From a bacterium (GTDB taxonomy: Bacteria > UBP7 > UBA6624), in assembly GCA_002716355.1 (NCBI GenBank), contig PBAU01000010.1, positions 60,001-92,000 on the forward strand: a stretch of 32,000 nucleotides of DNA, read 5' to 3'. The translations under genes and the position numbers were made by a program. Within the stretch, counting starts at the first letter, position 1. The number at the start of each line of letters is the position of its first letter. Shown here in pieces: positions 16,664-26,485 of this stretch. A model generated the notes under the pieces. The model did no database searches. It had not been told where the DNA came from and saw only the letters and a program-made list of their open reading frames with translations.

Positions 16664-17704
16664 TTAAGAGGTTAAACAATTGAGTTTAGCCATTAATTCT
16701 GAATTGACCTCAGAAGTTCCAAGGTTGCCACCTAAATCTGAAGTACATTTTTTCTCTTTAAGCATTTCAGTCACTGCTCTGTCCAGGATTAAACCTTCCT
16801 TTGTTTTGTTGTTGTTTTTCAAGAGCAAAGCCATGCTTAAAACCGCAGCAAAAGGATTAGCGACATTTTTGCCTGCATACTTTGGAGCAGATCCATGAAC
16901 AGGTTCAAAAAGAGAAATCTTTCCAGGGTGAATATTTCCAGACTCAGCCAAACCAAGTCCACCTACTATCTGAGCTCCTATATCAGAAATAATATCACCA
17001 AACATATTTGTAGAAACAAGCACTCCAAAAGACTCAGGTCTTTTGACCAATTGCATACTGCATGCATCAACATAAAGATGATCTGCTTCAATTTCAGGAT
17101 AATCTTCAGATATCTCATTAAAAATATCTAACCATAATTGATGCCCGTGCCTAAGCACATTACTTTTATCAACCATCGTTACACGGTCTCTTGAATCCTT
17201 TTTAGCTAATTCAAACGCATAACGAATGATTCTTTCAGTGCCTTTTCTAGTATATTCACCTCTTTGCCAAGCCATCTCATTTTCTAAACCCTTATTTTCC
17301 CATCCACCAATCTGCCTATAAAAACCTTCCGTATTTTCTCTAACAATAAGCAAATCAATATCTTCTGATTTTTTCAAGGGAGATAAATCTGGAACCCTAC
17401 AAATGCATGGTCTTAAATTAACATAGAGATCAAGTTCAAACCTCAACCTCAAAAGAACCCTGGCAGCAAAATCTATATCTAAGTCATCACCAACCGCACC
17501 TAAAAAAATTGCATCAGTTGATAAAATTTTATTCATTTTGGATTCATCTAAATCATTTCTTGATTCAACCCAATTTTTAGTAGTTAAGTCAGGAAAAGAA
17601 ATGATGTCAATTTTATTTCCAAGAAGAAATTTAGCCGCATTGACGGCAACATCAGTTACTTCTGGGCCAATCCCATCTCCAGGTAAAACAGAAATTTTCA
17701 ACAT
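16664..17704 (-). CDS. Beta-decarboxylating dehydrogenase of the isocitrate/isopropylmalate/tartrate dehydrogenase family (substrate not assignable)
   Basis: 346 aa with LPGDGIGPEV, LYVNLRP, IVRENTEGFY, NMFGDIISD and FEPVHGSAPKYAGKNVANP. RENTEG and APKYAG resemble IDH-type rather than classical bacterial LeuB signatures (from memory). Confidence 0.85.
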   Translation of the reverse strand: MLKISVLPGDGIGPEVTDVAVNAAKFLLGNKIDIISFPDLTTKNWVESRNDLDESKMNKILSTDAIFLGAVGDDLDIDFAARVLLRLRFELDLYVNLRPCICRVPDLSPLKKSEDIDLLIVRENTEGFYRQIGGWENKGLENEMAWQRGEYTRKGTERIIRYAFELAKKDSRDRVTMVDKSNVLRHGHQLWLDIFNEISEDYPEIEADHLYVDACSMQLVKRPESFGVLVSTNMFGDIISDIGAQIVGGLGLAESGNIHPGKISLFEPVHGSAPKYAGKNVANPFAAVLSMALLLKNNNKTKEGLILDRAVTEMLKEKKCTSDLGGNLGTSEVNSELMAKLNCLTS

Positions 17705-17707
17705 AAT

Positions 17708-18322
17708 TTAATTTGGTAACTCAGGTGGTTGCCAAGACTCTATTCTATCAAACCAATCACGTTTAAAAGAGTCTGGCAGCAACAAAACAGCATCAAGAAA
17801 GAAATGAAAACGATTTGAATCTATAAAATACAACCTAGATTCAATACCTTCAATTACATCATTAAATAATTTCAAACCCTCTTCTGAATTTGGAACAGAA
17901 TACAAAAAAACCTGACCATCATTTTCAAAAAATAAAAAATCATTCCTCAATCCAAACTCGATTAAATAAATAACCTCTTCCCAAAGCTTGTCATTTGCTA
18001 AAGACATAGAGGAGAACAACTCGTTAATTTCAAAAATATCCTCTTCAGGAACACCTGAAGGTAAAAAAATCCTTGGATCTTGAGACTTGTTCAAATCTAA
18101 ATAAGAAAAATTTTTTAAAAGCGACCATGAGTTATTGTCTATTTTTTTCACATGCAAAGAATCAAAATCACCATTACAACCTATGCAAAAATCAAACAAA
18201 TAGGATTCCTTAAATACGAAGTGATTAATCAATACTGATTGTTTTTTTTTGAATTCACTGTCAAAATTTTCAAACCCAAACGAAAACAAAAAAATAAAAA
18301 TTAATAAAAATTTTTTTCTCAT
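17708..18322 (-). CDS. Hypothetical secreted protein (signal peptide; no recognisable domain)
   Basis: 204 aa. N-terminus MRKKFLLIFIFLFSFGF looks like a signal peptide. The ORF fills its slot tightly (6 nt after nrnA, 3 nt before the dehydrogenase). I recognise no motif. Confidence 0.6.
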   Translation of the reverse strand: MRKKFLLIFIFLFSFGFENFDSEFKKKQSVLINHFVFKESYLFDFCIGCNGDFDSLHVKKIDNNSWSLLKNFSYLDLNKSQDPRIFLPSGVPEEDIFEINELFSSMSLANDKLWEEVIYLIEFGLRNDFLFFENDGQVFLYSVPNSEEGLKLFNDVIEGIESRLYFIDSNRFHFFLDAVLLLPDSFKRDWFDRIESWQPPELPN

Positions 18323-18328
18323 AACTAT

Positions 18329-19285
18329 TTAAAAAATATTTTTTGCATTGCTTATAACTGAATCAATAATCTGGTCGAGATCACCAAAGCATCTAGCGCC
18401 CGAAGCATGAAAATGACCCCCTCCTCCATACCTTTTAGCAACAATTCTTGAATCCAGAGCACCTTTTGATCTTAAATTCATTTTAACCAAACCGTTACCC
18501 TCTTCCCTGAAAAGAATAAACAAATCTACATTTTTAATTGAATTGCATTCCTCAGGGATTCCTTCAAAATCAGGAGATGTAACACTGTATCGTTCCCAAT
18601 CGGAAAATCTTGAATAAGACCATGCAATTTTATTTTCTGCATCAATGCTTATCCTTTCCATGATTTTAGTTAAAAGTTTTATTTTCCTTAAAGGCTGTGA
18701 AAAATAAACTTGCTCTTTAAGGAATGAAACACTTGCCCCAAGATCTATCAAATCAGCTGCTATTTTGAAAGTTTCTGAGCGGCTAGTGTTAAATGTGAAA
18801 TTTCCAGTATCAGTCATAAGCCCTAATAAAATAGCATCAATCGATTCTTGATTCATTTTTAAATTCAACTCTTTAAACAATTTATATATCAGAACAGTTG
18901 TTGATGCAGCGTTTTCCTCGACGTAATTAACATCTGCAAAAAAGGTATTGCTTAAATGATGATCGATATTAACAGTTAAAAATTGATGTCCTAAAAAAGA
19001 TTGAAACTCTTTATTTAAACGATGGTCAACTGCTATGTCTAAGAAAACAATCACATCATAATCTTCATCAGGTAATCTTGTTTTTATTTTTTTTATACCT
19101 GAAAAAAAGGAATATATATCAGGAATATCATCAATACAAACACAGGAGGATTTCTTTCCATCCAGAGAATTGATTAAATTGTTAAAAGATATTAAGCTCC
19201 CTACCGAATCCCCATCAGGATCCTTATGGGAAAGAATCAAAAAGTTCTTATTGCTTTCAATTACTTCAATTACTTTTTCAATCAT
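18329..19285 (-). CDS. nrnA: DHH/DHHA1 phosphoesterase, NrnA-type oligoribonuclease / pAp phosphatase
   Basis: 318 aa with DPDGDSVGS, DHH (NIDHHLSN) and GGGGH motifs. Conserved position downstream of rbfA. Confidence 0.85.
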   Translation of the reverse strand: MIEKVIEVIESNKNFLILSHKDPDGDSVGSLISFNNLINSLDGKKSSCVCIDDIPDIYSFFSGIKKIKTRLPDEDYDVIVFLDIAVDHRLNKEFQSFLGHQFLTVNIDHHLSNTFFADVNYVEENAASTTVLIYKLFKELNLKMNQESIDAILLGLMTDTGNFTFNTSRSETFKIAADLIDLGASVSFLKEQVYFSQPLRKIKLLTKIMERISIDAENKIAWSYSRFSDWERYSVTSPDFEGIPEECNSIKNVDLFILFREEGNGLVKMNLRSKGALDSRIVAKRYGGGGHFHASGARCFGDLDQIIDSVISNAKNIF

Positions 19286-19613
19286 TGGGTAAAGATTTAT
19301 TTAAAATTTCATTGATCTTGAATGCTTTTTCTACAGTATCGTCCCAAAAAAAATCTAATTTTGGAATTTTCCTAAGCCTTAAGCCACTTAAGGCTCTCGA
19401 GATTATTCGTCTTTTTGCGATATTCATTGTATGCATGATTGTCTTCTTTTTCTTGCTTGAGCTACTGCTTATATAAACATCTAACTTTCCATAACCTCTT
19501 GAAAAATCAATTTTTGTCAAAGTTAAATCAGGAGGTATTCTTGGATCGTCTAATTGTGATATCTCTCTTGCGAGAGAGGCTTTAATTGACTTGAAAATAC
19601 TTAACTGTTTCAT
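19278..19613 (-). CDS. rbfA: Ribosome-binding factor A
   Basis: 111 aa in the position after infB. RbfA-like pattern (...LAREISQL..DPRIP..LTLTKIDFSRGYGKLDVYIS). ATGA-type overlap with the infB stop. Confidence 0.85.
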   Translation of the reverse strand: MKQLSIFKSIKASLAREISQLDDPRIPPDLTLTKIDFSRGYGKLDVYISSSSSKKKKTIMHTMNIAKRRIISRALSGLRLRKIPKLDFFWDDTVEKAFKINEILNKSLPND

Positions 19614-21772
19614 TTTCCAAATACTTCAGATTCAGTTTTCTTTCTTTTTTCCACCCTGTGCGTAACTAATTCATCACCTGGCTTTAATCCTGGCTTACCT
19701 ACAACCCTAAAACCACATTCAAACCCTTCCTTTACTTCTTTTACGTCTTCTTTAAAACGTCTTAGATTATCAATCCTTCCTTCAAAAATCATATCTCCAT
19801 CTCTAAATATTCGACACCTTGAACCTCTTGTGATAAAGCCAGATTCAACCTTTCCTCCTGCTATTGTTAATCTAGGAGTTTCTCTAAATATCTCCAAAAG
19901 CCTCAACCTGCCAGATTCAATCTCCTCTTCATCAGCAGCAATAGAGTCAACAATTTCGCTTTTAATATTTTCTAACAACTTGTAAATTAAATTATTTACA
20001 CTGATCTTGATTGATTTTTCTTTAGATAGCTTGGCAGCAGAACCAGCAATACCAACCTCAAAACCAAGTATTGAAGCTTCGGAAGAATGAGCTAAATCTA
20101 CATCAGCAGTGGTCACATCACCTACACTCGAACTAATCACAAAAACCTTAAATTCTTCTGACTTTAATGCTTCAATCTCTTTCTTAACAGCTTCTAACGC
20201 TCCGTAGCTAGAGGCTTTAACTATAAGCTTAAATTCCTTACTTGAAAACTCTGCAAAAAGAGAATCTATATCAGCTACTCTTTGTTGTGAAGATTTTGAT
20301 TTTTCTTTCAGCCTGCTTCTTAAAACTTTTTTTGCTGCTTTTTGATTTTTAACCTCAATAAACTTTTCTCCAGATGAAGGTATATGGCTTAAACCTGTAA
20401 TCTCAACTGGCATCCCAGGATGCACATCGTCAAGCTTTTTACCATCATAAGAATTTAAACCTCTTACAACAGCAAAATCATCCCGAAACAATAAAACACT
20501 CTTTGGCTTCAAAACACCCTGCAAGATAATAGCTGTGCATGTTTTTCCATTTTGTTTTATCTCAGATTCAATAACAACACCTTGAACCTTAGAAGTGCTA
20601 TCAGCTTTGAGTTCCAATATATCACTTAATTCAACTATCCCCTCCAAAAGCAAGTCGACACCTTCTCCGCTTTTTGCACTAATTGGGAATAAAGGTATAT
20701 CTCCACCAAGTGCAGAAGGATTAATTCCAATTTTTTGCAACTGACCTAGAACCTTATTGGGATTTGCTCTGGGGCTATCCATTTTATTTAAAGCAACAAC
20801 CATTTCTACTTCAGCAGCTTTTATGTGCTCGTAAGCTTCAATGGTCTGCTCTCTTGGACCTTCGTCAGCAGAAACAACCAGCACTGCAATATCAGTAACC
20901 TGCGCTCCTCTTGCTCTCATTGAAGTAAAAGAACTGTGTCCAGGGGTATCTATAAAAGTGATGTTTCTACCATCTTTTGTTGACGCTAAAGTTGCTCCAA
21001 TCTTCTGTGTTATAGCACCAAATTCACCAGAAGCAACAGAAGTTTGCCTAATGTAATCAAGTAAGGTTGTTTTGCCATGATCGACATGGCCCATGACCGT
21101 CACAATAGGAACCCTTTCTGTTAAAGACTTTTCATCTATCTTCAAAACTGGCTCATTCTTTTTATCTTCAATGATTTTTATATGCTCTATATTCCATTTT
21201 GTCAATAAAGAAACAATCTGATCTTTGCTTGGTTTGTAATCTATATCCTTATCTTCCATCTCAAAAAATGAAAAAATGTTTGCTATAGGTATACCAAGAA
21301 GTTTTGAAATTTCTTTTATCGTCAAACCTAAACTGATTGAATTAATCTCTTTTGACCTTTCGCTAACGGCACTTGCTGTCTCGGTAAGCCTCACTGAAAA
21401 AGATTTTGCAACCCTTGATCCAAGCTTGGTTGAACTTCTCCTGCCTCCCAGTTGAGCTTTTCTGGCTTCCTTCTTTCTATTTTCTTTTTTGAAAGAAGGA
21501 TTACCGATATTTGAACCTGTACCCTTCTGAAAATCTTTATTAGTTGTTTTTTTGCCTGTTGTGCCTTTAGCAGAATTTTGCGAATCAGGTTTCTGAGTTT
21601 TCTTTTTGTCATCCTTAGCTGGTGCCTTCCCAAGATAAGCAAGAACTTTATCAGCATCACCATCCTCAATAATGGACATGCTTGTATTTACATTTATTCC
21701 AATTTCCTTAGCTTTTAGAACTAACTCTTTCGAGTCTATGTTGATTTTTTTTGCTAATTCAAAAACCCTCAT
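19610..21772 (-). CDS. infB: Translation initiation factor IF-2
   Basis: 720 aa. IF2_N motif at the N-terminus, a basic low-complexity linker, and a GTPase domain ([21 protein letters not shown]). Confidence 0.98.
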   Translation of the reverse strand: MRVFELAKKINIDSKELVLKAKEIGINVNTSMSIIEDGDADKVLAYLGKAPAKDDKKKTQKPDSQNSAKGTTGKKTTNKDFQKGTGSNIGNPSFKKENRKKEARKAQLGGRRSSTKLGSRVAKSFSVRLTETASAVSERSKEINSISLGLTIKEISKLLGIPIANIFSFFEMEDKDIDYKPSKDQIVSLLTKWNIEHIKIIEDKKNEPVLKIDEKSLTERVPIVTVMGHVDHGKTTLLDYIRQTSVASGEFGAITQKIGATLASTKDGRNITFIDTPGHSSFTSMRARGAQVTDIAVLVVSADEGPREQTIEAYEHIKAAEVEMVVALNKMDSPRANPNKVLGQLQKIGINPSALGGDIPLFPISAKSGEGVDLLLEGIVELSDILELKADSTSKVQGVVIESEIKQNGKTCTAIILQGVLKPKSVLLFRDDFAVVRGLNSYDGKKLDDVHPGMPVEITGLSHIPSSGEKFIEVKNQKAAKKVLRSRLKEKSKSSQQRVADIDSLFAEFSSKEFKLIVKASSYGALEAVKKEIEALKSEEFKVFVISSSVGDVTTADVDLAHSSEASILGFEVGIAGSAAKLSKEKSIKISVNNLIYKLLENIKSEIVDSIAADEEEIESGRLRLLEIFRETPRLTIAGGKVESGFITRGSRCRIFRDGDMIFEGRIDNLRRFKEDVKEVKEGFECGFRVVGKPGLKPGDELVTHRVEKRKKTESEVFGK

Positions 21773-23100
21773 TAATCGTCTTCTTCTCCACCCTCTTCTA
21801 TCAATCCTAAATCATGAAGAAAAGTAACAAGTATTTGGCTTCCCAATTCACCCAATCCTTCCATTTTCTCTAAATCAGTTTCACTAAATGTAAATAAATC
21901 CTTAACTAAATTTATATCATTTTTTTCAAGTGCCTCGAGCAGCCATGCTGGAAACTGAAAAGCAGCATCTTTCAATTCTTTTTCTGGTAAAGAGTCAAAT
22001 GAAGCTGTATCCCATATATCAATTGACCATCCTGTTATCCTTGTAGCAAGACTAACATTCTCACCTTCACTTCCAATTGCTTTATTTTTTTCATCAACAG
22101 GAACGATGACAATGGCTTTTCTTTTCATGTTTGCAGTCTCTTCGCTGTTTTCTAACGTGAGGTAGTTCAGCAGTCTAACATTTGCAAAATCTACATTAAC
22201 AGGCCTCATTGAATTTGCAATAAAATGCCTTGGTCTTTCGTCCCATTTAACAACATCAATTTTTTCCTGCGAAAGTTCTTTTATAACAGACTGTATCCTT
22301 CTTCCACCAGGACCTATACAAGCACCTAACGGCTCTACTGAATCACTATAGGAATGGACAGCAACCTTTGCACGATGTCCTGGCTTTCTAACTACTCTTT
22401 TAATCTCAATCACACCTTCTGAAACTTCTGGAATATTTTCCTCCATCAGCAATCTTAAAAATTCTGGATGAGTTCTGGACAAAAGCAATTGAGGCCTTCC
22501 AGATCTATCCTTCGCAACAGAATAAACATAAGCACGAACTCCACTTTTTAGTCTCTGTTTTCTTGATTCTCCAAATATTCTTTCTGACTTTCTAAGTATT
22601 CCTTCAATCTTTCCAACTTCAACCCATGCAGTATCCCTTATAGCTTTATATATTTCTCCATACACATTATTACCTTCCATTTCAGCTGCTTTTGCATAAA
22701 GGTTATGTTTTTCATATTCAGAAATCTTTTCATCAAGCATAGTTAAAGCTTTTCTGATTGCAATCCTGCTTAATTTTTGAAAATCTAAAGGATCAGGGTA
22801 AAAAGTCCTTATTGGCAAATCTAAACCTTTTTTTCTTATATCCTCTATAGATATCTCTAGCTCGTCATCTCTAACGCTAGTAACAATTCTCTTCAAAAGG
22901 AAAGCTTTAATTGTTCCTCTTATAAGATCAACATCAACCTTAAAATTTTCTGGTGCACCTTCTAAACCAAACTCACTTGAATAAGCTGACTCAAACGCCA
23001 CCTTAAGAGACTCTCTTAGTTCATTCTCATCAATGGCTCTGTTTTTTAAAATATTGCTTATCTCTTCTTTCAGATCTATAAAATACGTTTTTTGACTCAT
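21772..23100 (-). CDS. nusA: Transcription termination/antitermination factor NusA
   Basis: 442 aa with an S1-like and KH region (GACIGPGGRRIQSV..., AIGSEGENVSLATRITGW) and a C-terminal HhH-like segment. Lies between rimP and infB. Confidence 0.97.
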   Translation of the reverse strand: MSQKTYFIDLKEEISNILKNRAIDENELRESLKVAFESAYSSEFGLEGAPENFKVDVDLIRGTIKAFLLKRIVTSVRDDELEISIEDIRKKGLDLPIRTFYPDPLDFQKLSRIAIRKALTMLDEKISEYEKHNLYAKAAEMEGNNVYGEIYKAIRDTAWVEVGKIEGILRKSERIFGESRKQRLKSGVRAYVYSVAKDRSGRPQLLLSRTHPEFLRLLMEENIPEVSEGVIEIKRVVRKPGHRAKVAVHSYSDSVEPLGACIGPGGRRIQSVIKELSQEKIDVVKWDERPRHFIANSMRPVNVDFANVRLLNYLTLENSEETANMKRKAIVIVPVDEKNKAIGSEGENVSLATRITGWSIDIWDTASFDSLPEKELKDAAFQFPAWLLEALEKNDINLVKDLFTFSETDLEKMEGLGELGSQILVTFLHDLGLIEEGGEEDD

Positions 23101-23103
23101 AAT

Positions 23104-23529
23104 TTAACTCCTATTTAAACCTTTAACCATTTTTAATGCTTGAAAAGGGACATAGAAAAAACCATCCTTCATTTCAAAAACCAAACAATTGTTATAGCTT
23201 GCTAAAGTTCCAAAAAAAGATTTTGAAACTTTTTCTAATTTAAATTCAACCTCCTTTCCATTCCAGCGTTGAAAATGCTTTGTTTTAGTTAAGACAGGTT
23301 CAACTCCGGGTGAAGAGACCTCAAGAAGTCCCTTTTCTAATATGCTTCCAATCTTGGAATTGCTTAAAGATCTAGAAACCTTTGCACAATCATTGACACC
23401 TACTCGACCATCTAAAAAAACAGTAAAGCGACGACTGGGGCCTTGACCCTTGATAGAAACATCCCATATTGTATAGCCCATATTGACTACTTCGGATTCA
23501 ATATCTCGAATTAAATCATTTTTTTCCAC
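23104..23529 (-). CDS. rimP: Ribosome maturation factor RimP
   Basis: 141 aa directly upstream of nusA. RimP-like pattern (...EVVNMGYTIWDV...LEVSSPGVEPVL). Confidence 0.85.
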   Translation of the reverse strand: MEKNDLIRDIESEVVNMGYTIWDVSIKGQGPSRRFTVFLDGRVGVNDCAKVSRSLSNSKIGSILEKGLLEVSSPGVEPVLTKTKHFQRWNGKEVEFKLEKVSKSFFGTLASYNNCLVFEMKDGFFYVPFQALKMVKGLNRS

Positions 23530-24157
23530 TACTCAACCAACCTTCAATAACTTCCCAATACATTTTCAACCTTTTGATAATCCCGACAATATATCCGTGT
23601 TTTTTCTCTTTTGTAACCTGTCCCACCCCAAACAAATCCGCCTTATGAACTTTCCATTTATTCGATTCAGAAAAATTATTTAAAGCGGTTTCAAACCCAT
23701 AACCTGCAACTTCATCAAAAGGAAAATCAGCAATTTTATCCAGAAGAACAGCTCTTTGTCCAGATAAACCTGGAGCTATTTTCTGAGCAAAATCAGTACC
23801 AACTTTCCCACCCTTAAAAATACCAACAGACATATCACAATTTCTGCTAATTACAGGTTTAATGATTGAGTCTATATGGTTAGCTTTAAGTCCAACCAAA
23901 TCTGCATCAACAAACAAAACGCATTCATGCTTAACGCATGCAAGACCCATGTGTATAGCTGAAGTTTTTCCAAGATTTTCAGGAAGCGATAAAACAAGAA
24001 CTCCAGAAATTCTTCTGGAGGCTGCAGCCGTGCCATCTCTTGATCCATCATCAACAACAATAATTTGATTTATATTTTCACTGGCTGCCAAAACCTTTAA
24101 AACTTTAGAGATTCTTGGTGCTTCATTGTGGGCGGGAACAATTGCAGAAACCTTCAT
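23516..24157 (-). CDS. Family 2 glycosyltransferase (small, soluble type; acceptor unknown)
   Basis: 213 aa with VSAIVPAHNE, VVDDGSRDGT, DADL and LSGQRA...GYGFE. Overlaps rimP by 14 nt. Confidence 0.8.
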   Translation of the reverse strand: MKVSAIVPAHNEAPRISKVLKVLAASENINQIIVVDDGSRDGTAAASRRISGVLVLSLPENLGKTSAIHMGLACVKHECVLFVDADLVGLKANHIDSIIKPVISRNCDMSVGIFKGGKVGTDFAQKIAPGLSGQRAVLLDKIADFPFDEVAGYGFETALNNFSESNKWKVHKADLFGVGQVTKEKKHGYIVGIIKRLKMYWEVIEGWLSSGKK

Positions 24158-25623
24158 CAGAGCCTCCCTATATCCCTTATTGTTATTATCAAAAATAAGA
24201 TAATCAATGCATAACCACCGATTGAAAGTAATGATTTTGTTACCTTTTTAACAGTTTGTTTTTTGGATTTAGGAACGAAATTCTCTATAATTTCAATCAT
24301 TATCCTTCCTCCATCCAAATTAGGAATAAAAATCAAGAGAAGATTTAATATTCCTAAATTTACAGAAAGAAGAGCTAAAAAGGTTAAAGAATTTTCTAAA
24401 CCCTGCTTTACAACCTGAGAAGAAATTGAAATTATTGCTACAGGGCCTCCAACATTCTCTAAAGCTTTTTTCTCAAATCTAAATATACTTCCAACAAAAC
24501 CAAAGATTTGAGCTGCGGCAAATGAAGTATTTGAAAAAGAAATTTTAAAAAGATCAAAACCTCTAACTTCAGTTCTTTTAGGCATGAATGAAAACAAATT
24601 TAAAAGTTCAGATCTTTCAACAAATAAACTATCTTTTTTTCCATTTGAATTTTGGTATTGGACTTCTATTTGAGATGAAGAAATGGCTGAAAGATCCTCA
24701 AAAAAAGTCATTCCATCAATTGAAAAAACATCTTTTATCGATAAGTTCTCATCAATATACTCAATCAACTCTGGCCTATCGACAGTGAATACAGTTCTGT
24801 CCTTCATGACAATTTTCACATCTTCACTAAGAAGCAAATCAAAAGTGCTTTGGGTCAGTGGAGCTTCCTCAAGGTTTAAATTACCAATCTTAGATACGGT
24901 TATTTTTCCAACATCCTTGCTTAAAAAAATATTGTCTATTTGTGGTTCAACACGAAAGCTAATTGCTGATTTTCCCAACTGCGGCTCATAATAAATTGGA
25001 CCGAGCCTTTGTCCAATCCAGTCTAAATCTATACGAATTCTGTCTGAACTCAATCTTGCCTCTTCCACCTTGGAAAAAAAATCTTTTTCAGAAGGCCATG
25101 CAATTGCCTCAATTAATCTTGACTCTGTGGCAACACCACTAACAATGGAACCAGCTGGAGCTAAACCAACAATAAATTCATCATCTCTTATTTCATCTAT
25201 TGTTATTAATCTCTTTGGATCACCGTAAGAAAAGACGACAAGGAAAAAAATAAAAAAAGCTAAAACCATATTTGCCAAAGGTCCAGCAAAAAGTATAAAA
25301 ATCTTCTTCAGTAAAGATATCTCATCGAATGATTTTCCCTCAGGAACAATATTGTCTTTTTCATCTTCATAAACTTCATCATCAATCATCCCTTTGATAA
25401 GAACATACCCCCCTAAAGGGATCATGTTAATTTTCCAGAGCGTTTCTTTGGACTGAAAGCTAAATAAACATTTACCAAAACCAACAGCAAACTCTTGAAC
25501 CCCAACTCCACATTTTTTTGCAGCAAGATAGTGTCCTAATTCATGAATGAAAACAACAATTCCAAATATTAAAATAGCGCCAAAAAGGCTATATATCAAA
25601 TTTAAATAGACCATATCAACCAA
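24157..25623 (-). CDS. rseP: RIP zinc metalloprotease RseP (M50 site-2 protease)
   Basis: 488 aa with HELGHYLAAKKCG near the N-terminus, a C-terminal NLDGG motif, and a central ~230-aa periplasmic region with weak PDZ-like character. Confidence 0.88.
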   Translation of the reverse strand: MVDMVYLNLIYSLFGAILIFGIVVFIHELGHYLAAKKCGVGVQEFAVGFGKCLFSFQSKETLWKINMIPLGGYVLIKGMIDDEVYEDEKDNIVPEGKSFDEISLLKKIFILFAGPLANMVLAFFIFFLVVFSYGDPKRLITIDEIRDDEFIVGLAPAGSIVSGVATESRLIEAIAWPSEKDFFSKVEEARLSSDRIRIDLDWIGQRLGPIYYEPQLGKSAISFRVEPQIDNIFLSKDVGKITVSKIGNLNLEEAPLTQSTFDLLLSEDVKIVMKDRTVFTVDRPELIEYIDENLSIKDVFSIDGMTFFEDLSAISSSQIEVQYQNSNGKKDSLFVERSELLNLFSFMPKRTEVRGFDLFKISFSNTSFAAAQIFGFVGSIFRFEKKALENVGGPVAIISISSQVVKQGLENSLTFLALLSVNLGILNLLLIFIPNLDGGRIMIEIIENFVPKSKKQTVKKVTKSLLSIGGYALIILFLIITIRDIGRL

Positions 25624-26485
25624 TAAAAAATAATTTAATTAAATAATAGCTTGCGGGCAAAACGAACAAAAAACTATCCATTCTGTCAAGAATGCCTCCA
25701 TGGCCTGGTATAGAAGCGCCATAATCTTTCATAAGCTTCTCTCTCTTCAAAACAGAAAACGCCAAGTCGCCCAGCTGAGCAATAAGCCCTAAAATCAAGC
25801 CTGTCAGCCACCAAAAAAATAAATTTTGAAATGTTCCTGTTCCCATTCCAGACATATAAGCAAATAAAGTCATGCCAAAAGAAGAGCCGAGAAGACCTCC
25901 AACGGTTCCTTCCCACGTTTTTTTACTTACGGTAGAAAGATAATTATTTTTTCCAAAATATTTACCTGAAAAAAATGCTGAACTATCATAAGCCCATGCT
26001 CCAATCATAGGGACAAAAATTAAATAATTACCCTTTTCAGGAAATAAAAAAGAACCTAGAGGATGTAGTTTGAAAACATAAGAAAGAAGACCTGCTGTAA
26101 GGAAGATGCCAAAAAATGTTATTGATATTTCAGAAATCTTGTATACAGGTTTACCCTGGAAAGCTCTAACGATATTAGCAATTGAAACCAATAATATATA
26201 CACTGTAGAAAGCAAGCCTGCACTTTCATAAGTAAAATTCTGACTAGTCTCCGCAAGAAAAGCAATGATTATCATTATTGCAGCTAAAGGGTATCCAACA
26301 AGATCAAAGGTTCTTCCACCCTCAGCTCTGACAAGTCTATAAAATTCCCTCAATCCACTTGCAGCAACCCACATTGTCGCAAGTAGAAGCAAGATACCGC
26401 CTTCGTTTAATATCAATATAGTCAATATGCCGAGCGAAAAGCCATAAAAAAGCCTTTGTTTGATCTCTGTTTTAAACATTCCCAT
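25616..26485 (-). CDS. cdsA: Phosphatidate cytidylyltransferase
   Basis: 289 aa, polytopic. C-terminal CTP-transferase signature SVLKREKLMKDYGASIPGHGGILDRMDS. Confidence 0.9.
   Translation of the reverse strand: MGMFKTEIKQRLFYGFSLGILTILILNEGGILLLLATMWVAASGLREFYRLVRAEGGRTFDLVGYPLAAIMIIIAFLAETSQNFTYESAGLLSTVYILLVSIANIVRAFQGKPVYKISEISITFFGIFLTAGLLSYVFKLHPLGSFLFPEKGNYLIFVPMIGAWAYDSSAFFSGKYFGKNNYLSTVSKKTWEGTVGGLLGSSFGMTLFAYMSGMGTGTFQNLFFWWLTGLILGLIAQLGDLAFSVLKREKLMKDYGASIPGHGGILDRMDSFLFVLPASYYLIKLFFIG

Noticed and set aside
21391-21669. 92-aa alternative-frame minus-strand ORF inside infB.
   Set aside because: It overlaps the lysine/arginine-rich low-complexity N-terminal linker of IF-2, where a shifted frame stays open by composition alone.
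23872-24060. 62-aa alternative-frame minus-strand ORF inside the GT2 gene. Similar overlapping minus-strand ORFs occur at 25686-25916 (inside cdsA) and 29828-30046 (spanning the rpsB start and the cytochrome 3' end).
   Set aside because: They are nested in, or overlap, supported genes in other frames, and they have no motifs or start context.
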